A stretch of 34,444 nt of DNA from a virus (Duplodnaviria > Caudoviricetes). Positions 15,562-25,553 of the stretch are shown here, piece after piece; positions within the stretch are counted from its first letter, which is position 1, and every line of letters begins with the position of its first letter. The notes below the pieces were generated by a model that worked only from the letters and a program-made list of their open reading frames with translations, ran no database searches and was not told the origin of the DNA. The position numbers and the translations under genes are program-made. Location of the stretch: the IMG/VR virus record IMGVR_UViG_3300020045_013484, positions 1 through 34,444 of that record. One strand, given 5' to 3'.

Positions 15562-16050
15562 CTATAAACTTGCTAATTCTGTTCTTAATTTTTTAGCTTG
15601 CGTTTCTAGTTCAGCTAATTTAGCTTTATCCCAATCGGTACCTAATCCGCTTAGAATTGCTCTAAGAGGTCTTACGGTTTGGGTATCTATACTATCTAAT
15701 TCAGTATATATTTCTGATTTTCTAAGCTCTGAACTGTAAACCCACTCTGAACTATTCCACACATGATAATCGCTAGGTTTTTCAACTTTGGTTAGTTGGT
15801 TATCTGAGATAATTTCTCCATCTTCAAGTGATAAATCTCCATTGATTTTTTTCTCTTCTGTAGTAAGTATTCTTTCATTTATCCAATCCGTACCATCAAA
15901 TTTTGTTAGATAACCTTCTTTTATAATTGGCTCTTTTTCTGTTGAGTTTCCAGGAATTAGCCAATCACCTGTTATTTGGCATTTGTCTGAATCGTCTAGT
16001 TCTGTAATTCCTATTAAATAACAATTTTCATCAAAATTAAAAACTTTCAT
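15562..16050 (-). CDS. Tail fibre assembly chaperone (Tfa-like)
   Basis: WLIPGNSTEKEP...FDGTDW...HVWNSSEWV pattern; directly downstream of the fibre gene. Confidence 0.75.
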   Translation of the reverse strand: MKVFNFDENCYLIGITELDDSDKCQITGDWLIPGNSTEKEPIIKEGYLTKFDGTDWINERILTTEEKKINGDLSLEDGEIISDNQLTKVEKPSDYHVWNSSEWVYSSELRKSEIYTELDSIDTQTVRPLRAILSGLGTDWDKAKLAELETQAKKLRTELASL

Positions 16051-16061
16051 TTATTACCCCC

Positions 16062-17441
16062 TTAGTATTTTATAATTGCCATTAATGCAATATTTTTTGG
16101 TCTTGTTTCTGCCCCACCACTAATTTGGGTATATGCTATTGCCCCAGAAGCTGTCTGCCCAAGTCCAGAAGTAGTTGTGTCATTTCCATTATTTAAATTA
16201 GATTTAATCATTCCATGTGCATGTGCCTTTAATTCATCATCTTGATAACTTCCAAGTGTTCTTCCACTATCAAGTCCCCTACTTTCATCAAGCCCTCTTA
16301 CAAATACACCTCTTAAGTCTGGTAGATTGAATGTAGTAGAACCATCGCCACCTCCGTAAATTGTGCCTATTTTTGCAAACAAATTGGAATAAGTTGTCCT
16401 TGAAACTGTTGCACCATTACATTTCAAATAACCGTAAGGTACTGTTGAAAATGGTATATAATCAATTCTGCCTATCAAGTCTATTTCTTTTCCTCTTGAT
16501 TGCAAAACTGGAACTGGCAAAACTGTTAAATCTGAAACGTAAATACTTCCTAAGCTAACTTGTGCAATAGCAATTAAACTTTGAGTTGTGCATATAGCTT
16601 CTACCTCAACAAAACCTCTGTACATATCTGCATAAGTAACTGATTTTTCAATATAACATTCAATATTTGTACCATTTTGCGACCAATCTGAAATCCTAAA
16701 TTCATTAGCTCCCAAATTTTCAATAGAAGTATATGAGCTTTGTTGTGTTATTGTTGAACCGTCCGCAAGAATTGAGCTTGTTTTTTCTAATATTCCAGCT
16801 TGATTTGTAGACGCATAATCTCCACCTATTCTGACTTTAATAATACCTGCAAAAGAATTAGAAGCTGTTACAGGAAAACTAATTTTAACTTTTTGGTTAG
16901 CTATACTTGTACTAAATGCTGGCAATGTAAAAAACTTTTTAAATTCATTTTGATTTATATAATTTGATAATAAATCTAATGATAATATAGTTTTAATCTC
17001 TGCTACTGTCTTTTTAACTGCTGTACTTGCACCACTTCCGACTAAAAAATCATTTGCTGCTGTAAAAAGTGAAAGATTGACTTTTTTATCAAGTTCAACT
17101 TTGGCTGTTGCTGGAGTAACTACCTTTGCTGCGTCCGTTCCTGTCGTGACTTCTGCTGCTGTAGCTAATTGCACAACTCCTGTTGCTGCTGTAGTAGCTG
17201 CATTAATTCCAAGAATTGTTTTTGTTTCTGCTAAAGTCTTTTTAACTGCTGTACTTGCACCACTTCCGACTAAAAAATCATTTGCTGCTGTTATTAGAGA
17301 TTTTTGTATTTTACCGTCCTCTAAACCTTTTAAAGCTAAATCTATTTTTGACATATCTGAATTATAATCAACTCTTTTTTCAGAATCTCCACCAACATAC
17401 TGATTTAATAAATAATTTGCTGTTTTATTTGTACTTGGCAA
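16062..17441 (-). CDS. Tail fibre with C-terminal tail-collar domain
   Basis: PYGYLKCNGATVSRTTYSNLFAKIG...GDGSTTFNLPDLRG...ETRPKNIA; ATTAATGVVQLAT fibre repeat. Confidence 0.9.
   Translation of the reverse strand: MPSTNKTANYLLNQYVGGDSEKRVDYNSDMSKIDLALKGLEDGKIQKSLITAANDFLVGSGASTAVKKTLAETKTILGINAATTAATGVVQLATAAEVTTGTDAAKVVTPATAKVELDKKVNLSLFTAANDFLVGSGASTAVKKTVAEIKTILSLDLLSNYINQNEFKKFFTLPAFSTSIANQKVKISFPVTASNSFAGIIKVRIGGDYASTNQAGILEKTSSILADGSTITQQSSYTSIENLGANEFRISDWSQNGTNIECYIEKSVTYADMYRGFVEVEAICTTQSLIAIAQVSLGSIYVSDLTVLPVPVLQSRGKEIDLIGRIDYIPFSTVPYGYLKCNGATVSRTTYSNLFAKIGTIYGGGDGSTTFNLPDLRGVFVRGLDESRGLDSGRTLGSYQDDELKAHAHGMIKSNLNNGNDTTTSGLGQTASGAIAYTQISGGAETRPKNIALMAIIKY
17008..17291. repeat. Exact 56-bp in-frame duplication in the tail fibre gene (17008-17063, 17236-17291)
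   Basis: Encodes TAANDFLVGSGASTAVKKT twice, 228 bp apart. Confidence 0.9.
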
Positions 17442-17454
17442 TTTTTCATCTCCT

Positions 17455-18015
17455 TTATGGTTTTACTATTGTTATTTCATAGTTGTCCCAAGTTAAATTT
17501 TTACTATCTACATAATCCCAAGTCATATTCCAACTATCCCATAAATCCCAATAAAGATAATTGAAAATATAATCAACTAATAAATAGGCTGGTTTTACTT
17601 TATCTAAAGCTTTTTTTAATGCGTCAACATCGGAAGGGATACCAGCTAAACTCTTAAATCCAATCCTTATAAGACTATTTACAAAGTCTACTGAAACCTC
17701 TCCAGCTTTCCATGAATTGCAAACAGATTGTATTAAGTCTGCGTCACATTTTCCTTTTGATTTCCATTTTGCTTGAATTATTGAGTTTTTTTCCTCTGTA
17801 GTTAAACCTTCTCTGAAAGTTATATCAAGTGTTTTTGCATAAATTGGAATCCCTAAATCTTCATCTAAAGAATCAAAAAAAGTATTTCTCACGATTTTTG
17901 CACCTAATTCTTCCAAACTATCTAATTCAATTCCTAACATATTACACAAATTCAAAATATAAGGATCTTTTAGCAAAATCTTATTGAAATTTTTGATTAA
18001 ATCATCTTTTCTCAT
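17455..18015 (-). CDS. Baseplate wedge protein (XkdU/YmfQ, DUF2313-like)
   Basis: Follows the baseplate J gene; VKPAYL motif; Trp-repeat C-terminus. Confidence 0.75.
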   Translation of the reverse strand: MRKDDLIKNFNKILLKDPYILNLCNMLGIELDSLEELGAKIVRNTFFDSLDEDLGIPIYAKTLDITFREGLTTEEKNSIIQAKWKSKGKCDADLIQSVCNSWKAGEVSVDFVNSLIRIGFKSLAGIPSDVDALKKALDKVKPAYLLVDYIFNYLYWDLWDSWNMTWDYVDSKNLTWDNYEITIVKP

Positions 18016-19091
18016 ATAGTAACACTTCCTAAAACTGCAACCTCTTCACTTGCTAATATAATGTTTGCTGTAGTTCCATTCAGCGTTAGACTGCTAACGT
18101 CCAAAACTCCTTCAATATTAACTATAATAGCTGAAATTTTGGCATAAGAAACATAATTTATTGTTTCATGAAAAGCAATTTCTTGAAAATATTTTGTAAT
18201 AGCTTCGACAATAGCAAGTCTAATTTGTTCAGTAGTATAATTAGCTGATTTTGTGATAGTTGCGACTACATTACAAGTTTTTTGTGTTCCTGCTGCTATT
18301 GTGCAATAACTTCCAAGGGCTGCTTGTCCGTATCCTTTACCCCATTTTGAAACGTCAATCGGGTCAATGTAAGTCTGTGTATCTGAAACTAAATTAACAG
18401 AAGCAGGAAGCATATTATCATTCAAAATAACTACTTTCACACTATTATTTCCGTTCCAAGTTGGGAAAACTTTAGCCCTACCAACTCCTGCGACTTCCCT
18501 AGCCCATTTTTCAAAATGATAAATATTATTACTTGTCGCTGGCTTTCTTACATCATCAAGGTATCTTTCAAGTAAACTCTCACGGCTTTCAGCTTCAAAA
18601 CCATCATAGCTGGCTTCCAAATTTGTAACTCCTGTTATACCTTCAAGAGTTACTGGAATTTGTATAATACTTTCAGTTCCTACCATTCCAATAGTTCCAG
18701 CTTCTAAGCATTCAGCTTTTACAGTTCCAATCAAATTTATAACTATTGTTTCATTTGCTTTAAAAAGTACTTTATTAAGTGTAGAAAATAAATCCCCTTC
18801 GTTAACTGTTCCTTGACCTGTCACGGTCAAAACTACTTGTGCTGGAGTTGCTTCTTTTCTTATAATTCCTCTTCTAGTTCTTGCTTCAATCATTAACTCT
18901 TCTAAGGTCATATTTTCAGGATTTAATTTACTTTGTAATGCTTCTGTATATGTTTCTTGAATTGCTAGTTCGATTGCATTGACTTTTATAATTTCATAAG
19001 TTAAAAAACCTGCTGTATCTTTTTCATATTCACTTGGTAAATTGCTCTTTTGTCTATCAAAAATTATTTGTTCTTTTTCGGTCAATTTCAC
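18012..19091 (-). CDS. Baseplate J/gp47 family (XkdT-like)
   Basis: GFEAESRESLLERY...WAREVAGVGRAKVFPTWNG. Confidence 0.92.
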   Translation of the reverse strand: MKLTEKEQIIFDRQKSNLPSEYEKDTAGFLTYEIIKVNAIELAIQETYTEALQSKLNPENMTLEELMIEARTRRGIIRKEATPAQVVLTVTGQGTVNEGDLFSTLNKVLFKANETIVINLIGTVKAECLEAGTIGMVGTESIIQIPVTLEGITGVTNLEASYDGFEAESRESLLERYLDDVRKPATSNNIYHFEKWAREVAGVGRAKVFPTWNGNNSVKVVILNDNMLPASVNLVSDTQTYIDPIDVSKWGKGYGQAALGSYCTIAAGTQKTCNVVATITKSANYTTEQIRLAIVEAITKYFQEIAFHETINYVSYAKISAIIVNIEGVLDVSSLTLNGTTANIILASEEVAVLGSVTI

Positions 19092-19558
19092 ACCACCTCT
19101 GATATTGCAATAGTTGAACTATCTGCTAAATTAACATTGAAAGATACTTCTAATTTTGTGCTACTTAATACAGCTTCAAAATTATCAACTGGATTAACTG
19201 AATCAACTAAGCTTATTTTTTTTAGATTATCTTTCAATTCTCTTTTAAGTTCTGATAAAATAAATCCTTGTGAAACTTTGATACCTTTGAAATTAAAATA
19301 AGTCATTCCAAAATCTGTGTCTTCATAAATTTTAAATTTGTCTAATTCAGTTCTAAGAAGTACTTGAATAAACATTTGAATTTTTTCTTCAATAGTTTCA
19401 GCAATTTTTACTTTACCGTTTTCAATAACCACTCTTGCTTCATTTTCTTCATTGAAAGTCATCATAAAAACTGTTCCAATGTTTTTTGATACTGTTTCAC
19501 TTGTACTTTGAGCATTAATAGAAGATATTATATTGTCTAAATCTAAGCTGGGTAACAT
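19088..19558 (-). CDS. Baseplate protein (XkdS/DUF2634-like)
   Basis: Synteny; LRTE...IY...FG pattern. Confidence 0.7.
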   Translation of the reverse strand: MLPSLDLDNIISSINAQSTSETVSKNIGTVFMMTFNEENEARVVIENGKVKIAETIEEKIQMFIQVLLRTELDKFKIYEDTDFGMTYFNFKGIKVSQGFILSELKRELKDNLKKISLVDSVNPVDNFEAVLSSTKLEVSFNVNLADSSTIAISEVV

Positions 19559-19559
19559 A

Positions 19560-19994
19560 TTACACCTTCCTTACTTTGTAATCTAAAAACCAAATTTGTT
19601 CATCAATAGTTGGACTTAATTTTACTAAATCCCCTTTTTTCAAAGTGTCTACAAATTTAATAGTTCCTTCGCTAGTGAATGAATTGTCATTTAATTTTAT
19701 ATCGTGTTGGTGTCCAAGTGGATTTTCTGTAGCTTGTCCAGTAACTCCAGCTTTGGCAAGTTCTGTTTTTGAATTTAAAGTCATTGTTCCTTCAATTTCA
19801 AAAGTTCTTTCATAATCATCAAGTAATATTTCATTAATATATAAATTATCTGAATCTAAAATTACTTGACCGTCCAAAATTGATATTTCAAGATTTGGAG
19901 ATTCTTTTATAACTTTTCCTAAAATATTTCCGATTAAATTTTTATTTTCTCTTTTTTTAAATTCTTTTGCAAGTTGAACTTGATAATCACTCAT
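19560..19994 (-). CDS. Baseplate spike (XkdR/DUF2577-like)
   Basis: GKVI..SPNLEI, HQH metal motif, LKKGDLV; synteny. Confidence 0.7.
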   Translation of the reverse strand: MSDYQVQLAKEFKKRENKNLIGNILGKVIKESPNLEISILDGQVILDSDNLYINEILLDDYERTFEIEGTMTLNSKTELAKAGVTGQATENPLGHQHDIKLNDNSFTSEGTIKFVDTLKKGDLVKLSPTIDEQIWFLDYKVRKV

Positions 19995-20987
19995 TTAAAC
20001 CTCCTCTTTAATCACAATAGTTGTTTTATGAATCTTATTATCATAAGTATGATTAGAAGATTGAATGATAAATTTTCCTGTTATATCGAAAGTTGAATTT
20101 GTTAAATTAATTATTCGGCCTGACCTCAAAATATCATTTCCTAATAAATCAAGAGTTATATCAGTTTGAACCCTGTTAAGCTCTTTAAGTTTATTTTTAG
20201 CGATATTTTCAGTTTCTGATTTATTTTTTCCCTGCTCTGTTGAAACTTCTTGTAATAATCCATAAAGTTTTATGTTTACAGGGTCATCTTTTGTTACTTT
20301 TATGCTACTATCTTTTTCATCATCAGATGTTATTAAAATACTATTTCTCATATTTTGTATTGATTCTTTTTTGCTTATATTTCCAATTGCTGTAAGTACA
20401 TCAATACTCTTAGCATTTTCATAAGGCTGAAAAGTAGCATTAACTATTAAATCTGTATATTTTTCTATATAGAGCTTTCCTTCTCGTGTTTCAAGTCTGA
20501 ATTTATAACCAAGCTCTTTTTCTGCTTGTGTAAGAATATCTTTTATAATTTCTGCAATAGTTTTATCTTTATATATTTTAGAAATTTTAGTATTGATTTT
20601 TGTAATACTACCAATTGGCATATTAAAAACTTTGCATAATTGCGTTATGGCTTCACTTGCAGCAATTTTTTTAAATTGCTTTACTGTTTTACTTTGATTA
20701 AGATAAAACGCATAATCAAAAGCTGTTACGCTTTTACCGTACCTACTCCAGTCAAGGTCTGTAATAATTCCCCTAAATACTTCTTTTGAATTATTTGAAA
20801 GTATTATTTTATCCCCAATTTTGATATAGTCTTTTAAATTTTTATCATCTCTGTTTCTTGCTGAATCAAAACTTAATTGAGTTCCTAAAGTGTCAACATT
20901 ATCGCTCCAGGAAAGATTTCCTATAAGTTTTGTTATATCCCTTGTTTTTGTATCGTCTTTAGCTAATATTAGAGTATAATTATCCAT
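19995..20987 (-). CDS. Baseplate hub (XkdQ/YqbQ-like)
   Basis: GD.I.L...VFRGII...AFD...YL...YGLLQEV pattern; synteny. Confidence 0.8.
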   Translation of the reverse strand: MDNYTLILAKDDTKTRDITKLIGNLSWSDNVDTLGTQLSFDSARNRDDKNLKDYIKIGDKIILSNNSKEVFRGIITDLDWSRYGKSVTAFDYAFYLNQSKTVKQFKKIAASEAITQLCKVFNMPIGSITKINTKISKIYKDKTIAEIIKDILTQAEKELGYKFRLETREGKLYIEKYTDLIVNATFQPYENAKSIDVLTAIGNISKKESIQNMRNSILITSDDEKDSSIKVTKDDPVNIKLYGLLQEVSTEQGKNKSETENIAKNKLKELNRVQTDITLDLLGNDILRSGRIINLTNSTFDITGKFIIQSSNHTYDNKIHKTTIVIKEEV

Positions 20988-20988
20988 G

Positions 20989-21393
20989 TTAAACACCATA
21001 TTCTTTCAAATCAAGAGTATATTTTATGTTTTCAACTGAATTGAAGTTATAAGTAAAATTCTCTATACTGCATAACATATTCACTAATTCTTTTCCACTT
21101 TCAAGGCTCATTACAATCCTAATCGGAACATTTTTACCTTGCCATTTATTAAAAAAATCCACGTATTTTATACCTTCTACGCTTCCAGCTTTCGCCCATG
21201 TTTCTTTGTTTTTTGGAAATATTGAGCTAATACTTAAACTTCTAAGACCTTTATCTCCTAATAAATTAAGAGTTCCAGCGTTAATAGTCTGAAACTCTTC
21301 GTTTTTACTTGGATTGTTTAAATTTGTATCTCTTGGAATAATAGGAAATTCAAGGATTTCTTTATTATTATTTGCACTTACTGTTATATTCAT
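20989..21393 (-). CDS. Tail tube initiator (XkdP-like, no LysM)
   Basis: Follows the tape measure gene; SSIFP...YTLDLKEY. Confidence 0.7.
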   Translation of the reverse strand: MNITVSANNNKEILEFPIIPRDTNLNNPSKNEEFQTINAGTLNLLGDKGLRSLSISSIFPKNKETWAKAGSVEGIKYVDFFNKWQGKNVPIRIVMSLESGKELVNMLCSIENFTYNFNSVENIKYTLDLKEYGV

Positions 21394-23360
21394 TCTGTAA
21401 CCACCATATTTCCTCCGATTTGATTTATGATTTCAACAATAGCTTTTGAAACTTTTTCTTTGAAATCATCAAATCCGTAAACATCTCCTTGGATAACAAC
21501 TTCAATTTTACTTTCTTTTTTATTAGAATTAACAGTTTTTTGAGTAGTAGAATTATTTGAAATTGTATTATTTTTAGTTGTGTTTAAATTTGAATTTTGA
21601 TTATTAATTGAATTATTAGTTGTATTATTAGTTGAACTATTTGTATTATTAGTTGAATTATTAAGCTGTGTTAAAGAACTTTTTTTATCAACATTTATAT
21701 TTTGTAAATTTCCTTTAGTATTACCATTTTTATTAATAATTCCATTTGCTTGTGCCAATAAATCTTTTGACCTTTGAGAATTATTCAAAGGAATTGCAAT
21801 TTCTGCACCAGCTTCTCCAAAAATACTAGCTTTTGTAGCTATTCCACCTTTTGCATACATTTGTAAAGGCTTTTTACCTGTTACGGTTTTTGTAGTATTT
21901 GTTGTAGTTACTTTTATATTTTTATCGCCACCACCAAATAATTTACCAACCCAGCCTGCAGCGTCCTTTAATGGACTTACTAAGCTTGTTATTTTATCCC
22001 ATAATGCTTGTGTTTTTGAGATAAATCCGTCCCATATACCTTTTACCATTTCGGGAATAGTTAGTACAAAAGAACTAAATCCTTTTAATTTATCCCATAA
22101 ACCTTGCACAATGTTCCTAAAAGTTTCTGATTTATTATAAGCTAATACTAGCCCTGCAACCAAAAGAGTAATTACACCGATAACAACACCAATTGGGTTT
22201 GCTTTCATTGCAGCATTCCATGCCCATTGAGCTATTGTCATAGCATTAACTTTTATTGCTCCTGTTGCCAAAACTCCAGCTTTTATAGTTTCTGCAATAG
22301 CAAAAGCCTTGGTATATACAGTTTGGGCGATTGTAATTGCTTTATATGCTAAAAATGCTGTTACAACTGTGCTTACTATTGGAACTATAGTACTCCAATT
22401 ATTTTTGAAAAAATTATAAACTTCTGTAATTCTTATAATTATTTCTTTGATTATAGCTACCATTTTTGCTACTGCTGCTGTAACTTGTGTAGCGATTCTG
22501 TCAATAGTTCCATCTGAACTCCATTTCGTAAGTGCGTCACCGACTACTAAAATTTTTGATTTTAATTGCTCATAGATAGAACCCTGTTTAATGCTTCCGT
22601 CTTTTGTGATACCCATAATATTTGCAAGAGCTGACTTTGAAACTCCTGTAATAGTACTCCAAATTCCTTTCATAGTTCCAGCTTGTTTAGCCATACCACC
22701 TGCAAATTTATCATTCATCAAGCTAAACATTGCTTTATTGAATTTTTCTTGGTCTGTTATTTGACCTTTTTTATTAACTACTAATCCAAGCCTTAACTTT
22801 TCAGCTTGTTTTATAATCATATCTTTACTTATTCCGAACTCTTTAAGCCTTTCTAATGATCCTGTCTGTCCATCTGCAATTGCTTCCACGGCTTGGTCTA
22901 ATGATTTTCCCATTACGGAAGCCATATCCCCAATTGAAGGTAATACTTCTTTAGCTGTTAAGCCATAACTTTGTAATTTCACTATACCTTCTGTGATTTC
23001 TTTTGTTTCAAAAGGCGTGGCGTTTGCAAAATCACTCCCCCAGCTTAAAAGTTCTTTAGCTTTTTTACTATCTTTCATTACTGTTTCAAGTGTAAGCCTA
23101 AACCCTTCTAAATCCATTGCTTCCGTAAGTGAAGTTTTGGCGACAAATCCTGCAGCTATTCCTGCTGCTGCTCCTCCCCATTTAGCAAAATTTTTGACTA
23201 CATTTGAAGTAGTATTTTTCACGCTTTCACTAAATTTTTTAACTTGATTAATAGTTCTTTGTACTTCTCGATTAACTCCCCTTGTACTTTCTGCAATTCT
23301 CCTTGCAGGAGCTGTGAACTGGTCACGTAAGGATATAATCGTTGCGATTGTTCTACTCAT
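21390..23360 (-). CDS. Tape measure protein
   Basis: FANATPFE, ANPIGVVI...AYNKSETFRNIV, YAKGG...GEAGAE..IPL motifs. Confidence 0.92.
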   Translation of the reverse strand: MSRTIATIISLRDQFTAPARRIAESTRGVNREVQRTINQVKKFSESVKNTTSNVVKNFAKWGGAAAGIAAGFVAKTSLTEAMDLEGFRLTLETVMKDSKKAKELLSWGSDFANATPFETKEITEGIVKLQSYGLTAKEVLPSIGDMASVMGKSLDQAVEAIADGQTGSLERLKEFGISKDMIIKQAEKLRLGLVVNKKGQITDQEKFNKAMFSLMNDKFAGGMAKQAGTMKGIWSTITGVSKSALANIMGITKDGSIKQGSIYEQLKSKILVVGDALTKWSSDGTIDRIATQVTAAVAKMVAIIKEIIIRITEVYNFFKNNWSTIVPIVSTVVTAFLAYKAITIAQTVYTKAFAIAETIKAGVLATGAIKVNAMTIAQWAWNAAMKANPIGVVIGVITLLVAGLVLAYNKSETFRNIVQGLWDKLKGFSSFVLTIPEMVKGIWDGFISKTQALWDKITSLVSPLKDAAGWVGKLFGGGDKNIKVTTTNTTKTVTGKKPLQMYAKGGIATKASIFGEAGAEIAIPLNNSQRSKDLLAQANGIINKNGNTKGNLQNINVDKKSSLTQLNNSTNNTNSSTNNTTNNSINNQNSNLNTTKNNTISNNSTTQKTVNSNKKESKIEVVIQGDVYGFDDFKEKVSKAIVEIINQIGGNMVVTE

Positions 23361-23527
23361 TATCCACCTCCAAATCTTTTGGCTTCTTCTTCTTCAAACT
23401 TATTTTTTGCATGAATATAAAAAAACTTTTCAACATGACTAGCATTTAATAATTTGCTTAAATCATGTCCTCTACAGACCAAAAAGGCTACGCAATTAAA
23501 CCAGCCTTCTTGGTCTATTAGTTTTTT
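23360..23527 (-). CDS. -1 frameshift extension of the tail assembly chaperone (gpGT-like)
   Basis: Slippery A AAA AAC (23527-23521), 15-bp hairpin (23476-23516), open -1 frame ending in TAATG at the tape measure start. Confidence 0.85.
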   Translation of the reverse strand, partial: KKLIDQEGWFNCVAFLVCRGHDLSKLLNASHVEKFFYIHAKNKFEEEEAKRFGGG

Positions 23528-23943
23528 ATTTCTTCTGAAACCTCTACAGATATTTTACTTCCTTCTGCTTTATCTGAAATTTCTGCTGCAAGTCTATTTG
23601 TTTCTTCAATTCCAAAAATAATTATTGGAGTTTCTAAAGGGTCTTTAATTCCTAATTTTTCTCTTAATTCTGAACTTTGAAGAAATAAACAACAATTATA
23701 AACTAAATCTTTGCTGGCTTCTGTAATTCCAATCAAATCAACTCTTGCGTTTTCTCCTGTTCCGACACAATTGGAAACTTCGTCTAAGTATTTTAATAGC
23801 TGATTTGAAGAAGGTCTTTTGAAATTAATTAAACCATAATCTTTCACTTCAATATCAAAATTTTCCTCTCTACTTTCATGCTTTTTAAGTGCTTTTGATA
23901 TAAACATTTCTAAATTCGTTTTGTTTTCTAATGCTTTACTCAT
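23518..23943 (-). CDS. Tail assembly chaperone (XkdN-like)
   Basis: Between tube and tape measure genes; ends EEIKN at the slippery site. Confidence 0.85.
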   Translation of the reverse strand: MSKALENKTNLEMFISKALKKHESREENFDIEVKDYGLINFKRPSSNQLLKYLDEVSNCVGTGENARVDLIGITEASKDLVYNCCLFLQSSELREKLGIKDPLETPIIIFGIEETNRLAAEISDKAEGSKISVEVSEEIKN

Positions 23944-23962
23944 TTTTTCCTCCTAATAAAAT

Positions 23963-24015
23963 AAACCCCTTAAAATAAAAAGTGCCACCGTGGCACTCTC
24001 AAGAATAAGGGGTTT
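23963..24015. repeat. Palindrome copy 2 nested in an outer AAACCCCTTA/TAAGGGGTTT stem
   Basis: Core 23982-23996, after the tail tube gene. Confidence 0.8.
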
Positions 24016-24022
24016 TATATTT

Positions 24023-24439
24023 TTATACTAATACTTCATAATCTCTTGCTTTTACCGATAATTCAATTTCAGTAATTTTTTTATTTTCATAATCTGTAAG
24101 TGGGAACTTTTCAACTGTAACATCTTTATATAGCTTGCTTTCAAACATTAAAGTTTCATTATTTTCCTCTTTTGCAATAACATCAAATTCAAAACCTTTT
24201 TTCTCTGTTGATAACTCTTTAAGAATATCTTCATTTCCTTTTTTTCTCATAGTGATAGTTCCTTCAAGACTAAAACCAACCCATACTTGGATTTTTCCAT
24301 GACCATTTGGGTCGTCTACTTCCTCATATTCATTTGTTTTTTCAATCTTTACTTTGTACACTTCCCCATACTCAACACCGTCAATCCAAAGTTTTCCTTT
24401 ACCTTTCCAGTACTTATCGCCTTTATTATTTCTAGCCAT
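24023..24439 (-). CDS. Tail tube protein (XkdM-like)
   Basis: GKLWIDG..YGE...EYEEV...GFSLEGTITMRK; follows the sheath gene. Confidence 0.85.
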   Translation of the reverse strand: MARNNKGDKYWKGKGKLWIDGVEYGEVYKVKIEKTNEYEEVDDPNGHGKIQVWVGFSLEGTITMRKKGNEDILKELSTEKKGFEFDVIAKEENNETLMFESKLYKDVTVEKFPLTDYENKKITEIELSVKARDYEVLV

Positions 24440-24455
24440 TGATTAAATCCTCCTC

Positions 24456-25553
24456 TTACATGAATATATTAAATGTAAAATCTTCTGTAGCATTTAATAT
24501 TTTTATACTTCCTTTAAGCAAAACTTGAGTTCCCACAGTCATTGTCATAGCTTTGTTGTCGTCCCAGCCATTAACAACTTCTTCGCCATACTTAGGGATA
24601 TTTAATAATCTTTGTGCTTCAATGTCAATTTCTGCCGTATTGTCATAGTTAGGGTCAAGTATCAAATCATTCTCAAGACCTTCAAAATATGCTTTTATAG
24701 CTCCAACTAATAACAATTGATTATCTGCATAGTTTTTATATTTTCCTTTGAATGAATTGTTCCAAGTGTCATAAATATCGCAAAATATTAAATCCATACT
24801 TTCGATAATTATGATAAATTTCATGTCGTCCGTTACGTCTTGAGCTGTTGTTACAAGTGAATTTACTGCTCTTGAAACTTTTACTTGTCCGTCCTCACTA
24901 TATAACATGAATTTTCCTAAATTTACTGCTGCTGCTAGGTCTGCTGGCTCTTCCACATTTGAAAATTTACCTAGTACTTTTGCAATAGCTGACATTGTTA
25001 ACGGAAGCCCAGCTAAATATCCAAGTAAATAAGATACTGCTTTTTCCCCTGTTTGTTGTCCTCTTGAATCTGAAAAAGTCACTTTTGCATTTGCAAAATT
25101 TACAATGTGCATATGATCTGGAGTAGTAGCATTAAATACTAATGCTTTATATCTTTTTTTGTTGTTTGTATTTTCTGCTTTAACAAAAGATACTAATGCG
25201 TCATGGTCTGCTGTTGCTGCTGTTGCTATCCCTATCCAACAATTCCTAGGGGCTTTCCCTCTAACTGCTGTCAATAAGTCTGCTAAAACTCCAGCTATGT
25301 CCATTCTAGCTACTATAAGCTTTAATGGTGTACCTTCGAGAGCGTCTTTGATATACTGCAAGTTTGTAGCTGTATATTTTGCTATTTCAGTACTTGTCAA
25401 ATCTGCTGAACTTCTATACTCTGCAAAAGTAAAAGTTTTGTTTGTGTCATCTTTGATTAAAAGAATCGCAACCCCTTTTTTACCCCTTGAAACTGCCGAA
25501 ACTCCCAGCCCTTTAAAAATAATATTAATACTTGGTGTACCTATTGCTGCCAT
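24456..25553 (-). CDS. Tail sheath protein (XkdK-like)
   Basis: GTPSINIIFK...VKVSRAVNSLVT...IIESMDLI...GKYKN. Confidence 0.92.
   Translation of the reverse strand: MAAIGTPSINIIFKGLGVSAVSRGKKGVAILLIKDDTNKTFTFAEYRSSADLTSTEIAKYTATNLQYIKDALEGTPLKLIVARMDIAGVLADLLTAVRGKAPRNCWIGIATAATADHDALVSFVKAENTNNKKRYKALVFNATTPDHMHIVNFANAKVTFSDSRGQQTGEKAVSYLLGYLAGLPLTMSAIAKVLGKFSNVEEPADLAAAVNLGKFMLYSEDGQVKVSRAVNSLVTTAQDVTDDMKFIIIIESMDLIFCDIYDTWNNSFKGKYKNYADNQLLLVGAIKAYFEGLENDLILDPNYDNTAEIDIEAQRLLNIPKYGEEVVNGWDDNKAMTMTVGTQVLLKGSIKILNATEDFTFNIFM

Noticed and set aside
16062-17441. Diversity-generating retroelement or invertible tail-fibre shufflon
   Set aside because: No reverse transcriptase, no adenine-specific TR/VR mismatches and no inverted alternative fibre ends.
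21520-21680. Asn/Thr/Ser-rich repeats in the tape measure gene
   Set aside because: Low-complexity linker within a continuous ORF; not an independent element.
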